A DNA stretch of 49,953 bases from positions 222,221 through 272,173 of the forward strand of contig WELA01000374.1 in the NCBI GenBank assembly GCA_009602735.1. The letters are read 5' to 3'. Made by a program: the position numbers and the translations under genes. Below the pieces are notes generated by a model. The model did no database searches, was not told where the DNA came from, and saw nothing but the letters and a program-made list of their open reading frames with translations. This DNA comes from Mesotaenium endlicherianum (lineage: Eukaryota). Position 1 is the first letter of the stretch, and the number at the start of each line of letters is the position of its first letter. This document shows positions 47,901-49,953 of this stretch, piece by piece.

Positions 47901-49883
47901 TCTGTCCACACAGTCCGCCGCTGCCCAGTGCCCTTCCTCCTCTTTATCCTTCCGATCCTGACCCTGACCTCACGGGAGTCGTTAAATCAAGTTCCTGGCC
48001 TACACCTGTCATGAGTCATTGATTAGAGACCGTGACATCGACATGACGGGAGGAGTGATCAGCTCAAGAAGCTGTTTCCCCCGTGGGTCCTGTCGGCTGC
48101 GCCTTCCCGGCTGACCTGGCCGCCAGCTGGCGCATCCCCGGCTGCGGCTCTTCGTCCAGCTGTCCCCCTCTTGGCTCCCGGCGTTTCTCAGCTATATAAC
48201 TCGCGCTCAGATGCTCTTTCAGAAAACGATAAACGCTCCCCTCGCTGTGCTAGGAAGGGCGTGGGGCGCTGTCTGCACCCTGCAGCATGCGCACCCTGTC
48301 GGGTATGGCATGTGCTGCTCCCCCCTACCCCCAGCGCAGTGCGGGGCATCCCCCTCTCGCTGACGCCGGCGGCAGACAGCGCGCATCAGAATGGAAGGTG
48401 AAGATAAAGCTAGGAAAGGCACCACGCTGGCTCTCTGCCACGTCGTCAGCCCAGCCAGCAGCAGCCCACGGCCCGCATCACCACGTGGCGCAAAAGTCAG
48501 AGCGCGTGCGAGTGAGTGTGCGAGCGCAAGTGACTGTGAGAGAGTGCGACGGCATCGGCCTTGACAGAGCCTGGCCCTCCTGCGCCGGCGCCGCATCGGC
48601 TCTCCTTGCTTCTGGTCTCGCCAGGTGGCGTTTGGAGTGCTTCTGCTGGGCACCGCCAGGTTTGGCGCACAGCTCCAGCAGGCGACAGGTGGCGTTGTGG
48701 GAGTGGCCGGGCCCTCGATGGGGGCTCTGCCTTCTTCCTCAGCGCTTGTTTTTGGCCCCTCCTCGCGGCGCCTGTTGATGGTACTGCACTGTCTCATAGT
48801 CTCTCCCTCTCTCTCTCTTCCCTCCTTCCCCCCCGCCCTTGACCCTCCCCCCCTCCCTCCCTCCCTCTCTCCCTCCCTCTCTCCTTCACACACACACATA
48901 CGCACACAAGCTCCACTGCATTCATAAATTTACCTGTGCTTTTGTGTGCCTGTAGGTGCGTGTGTGTGTGTGTGTGCGAATGCGTGTATGTGTTTGTGTG
49001 CGCTTGTGTGTGCGTGTGTTTATTTGCATGTGTACGCGCGCGTGCGTGAAGATTTGCAGATGCACCACTGAACAGAAAGAAGAGTGGGCTGGCGGAGTCC
49101 CGCCCCACGTTGATCTGCCTCCAACACGCTTGTACAGGTTGCTGATGATAAGAGTAGACAGTATTCTTATCAGGTGGTTCTATCGTGGCCTCTTGTTGTT
49201 AGAGTGAATGTGCTGACATGTGCTGCCCTGTGTTTGTTGGAACTGCAGAGCAGCGTGCCACGTGTCGTCTCCGCGCTGCACTCCACCGAAGGTACCTCGC
49301 TCTCTCCGGCCCTCTCCTGGCGCCGCTATGCAGTGAAAAGAACTTCTTCTTTTGTTTCTAGCTCCCTTGCCCCAGCCATAACATCTCGAGGTTGACACGC
49401 GTTTGAGCACTCTGAGATGTGCGGATAGGTACACAGTGTGTGTCTGTGTGTGGATATTCAGTGTATGGGTGCGATGTGGTGTAACCAAATATGTGACGCA
49501 ACAACACGTATACATACATGCATATGCATGATCTTTTGGACAGCTGGCACAGAGACGCGTTGCACGGTGCGTGCGTGCATGCGTGCGTGCATGCATTTGT
49601 GCGGCCGTGCGCATGTGAATGCACCAACATCAGGACTTGTAAAAATATCCAACCCTAAATTGAGTACCCGGAACCAACACAGAACAAACTAAGCAATTCA
49701 ATTTGACGACAACTGAACATTTCCCAAAAAGATGCGGCTCCTCAGCCCACGGTCAGCGACAAGCGCGCCTGAATGAGTGCCAAGTGGCGGCACTGCGCAG
49801 GCGGGCGCACGGCGGGAGAGATCCTGGGATGGCTCATGGCGGCCATCTACATGGGCGGGAGGCTGCCCCAGATCTACCTCAAT
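41941..49883 (+). CDS. PQ-loop repeat transmembrane protein (PQLC2/Ypq-like vacuolar cationic amino-acid transporter family); partial at both ends
   Basis: Exons 41941-42128 (CLEWAHTYLGDCVC..WGVAEIPQIVTNF..EGISLTFLLTWTLG), 43494-43536 (DVFNLLGCYLEPAT), 44666-44692 (LPTQFYMAV), 45708-45794, 46461-46630, 47563-47767 (SARSLTSS..), 48625-48780 (..SRRLLM), 49249-49291, 49801-49883 (LGWLMAAIYMGGRLPQIYLN). Two PQ motifs, all phases consistent. The first exon was not located and the gene runs off the window. Confidence 0.93.
45551..45620. repeat. 10-bp tandem repeat (TTGACCCGCT)x7, imperfect
   Basis: ttgacccgct ttgacccgct ttgtccaact ttgacccgct ttgtccgact ttgacccacc ttgactgacc. Confidence 0.9.
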
Positions 49884-49909
49884 GTAGCAGACAAACTCCC
49901 CCCCCAACT

Positions 49910-49953
<44 letters not shown>

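Overview
Eukaryotic, intron-rich draft sequence with 5 N-gaps and several single-N joins. Exons are GC-rich, and introns are full of (CA/TG)n, (CT)n and degenerate TTTAGGG-like repeats. The genes belong to plant-type families, so a streptophyte (charophyte-grade) alga is inferred but not proven. Hand-splicing with phase checks gives four protein genes. (1) An OFUT36-like O-fucosyltransferase (+, 5'-partial, 354-6016, middle exons missing). (2) A >1000-aa TIFY/ZIM-domain protein (+, 11193-17739) that combines an N-terminal DFFG motif, a half PEAPOD (PPD)-like motif and a TIFY8-type ZIM domain, with no Jas motif seen. (3) A START/SRPBCC-like lipid-binding protein (-, 23541-36082, 11 exons). (4) A PQ-loop (PQLC2/Ypq-like) transporter (+, 41941 to beyond 49883). 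Two AT-rich intergenic blocks read as heavily decayed Ty3/gypsy pol relics. The most interesting observations are the PPD/TIFY8 hybrid protein, repeated decaying intronic copies of exon-intron junctions, and strong over-representation of the palindrome GCCANNTGGC. Most ORFs in the supplied track are artefacts of microsatellites, gaps or GC-rich antisense frames. All family assignments come from remembered motifs, not from database searches.
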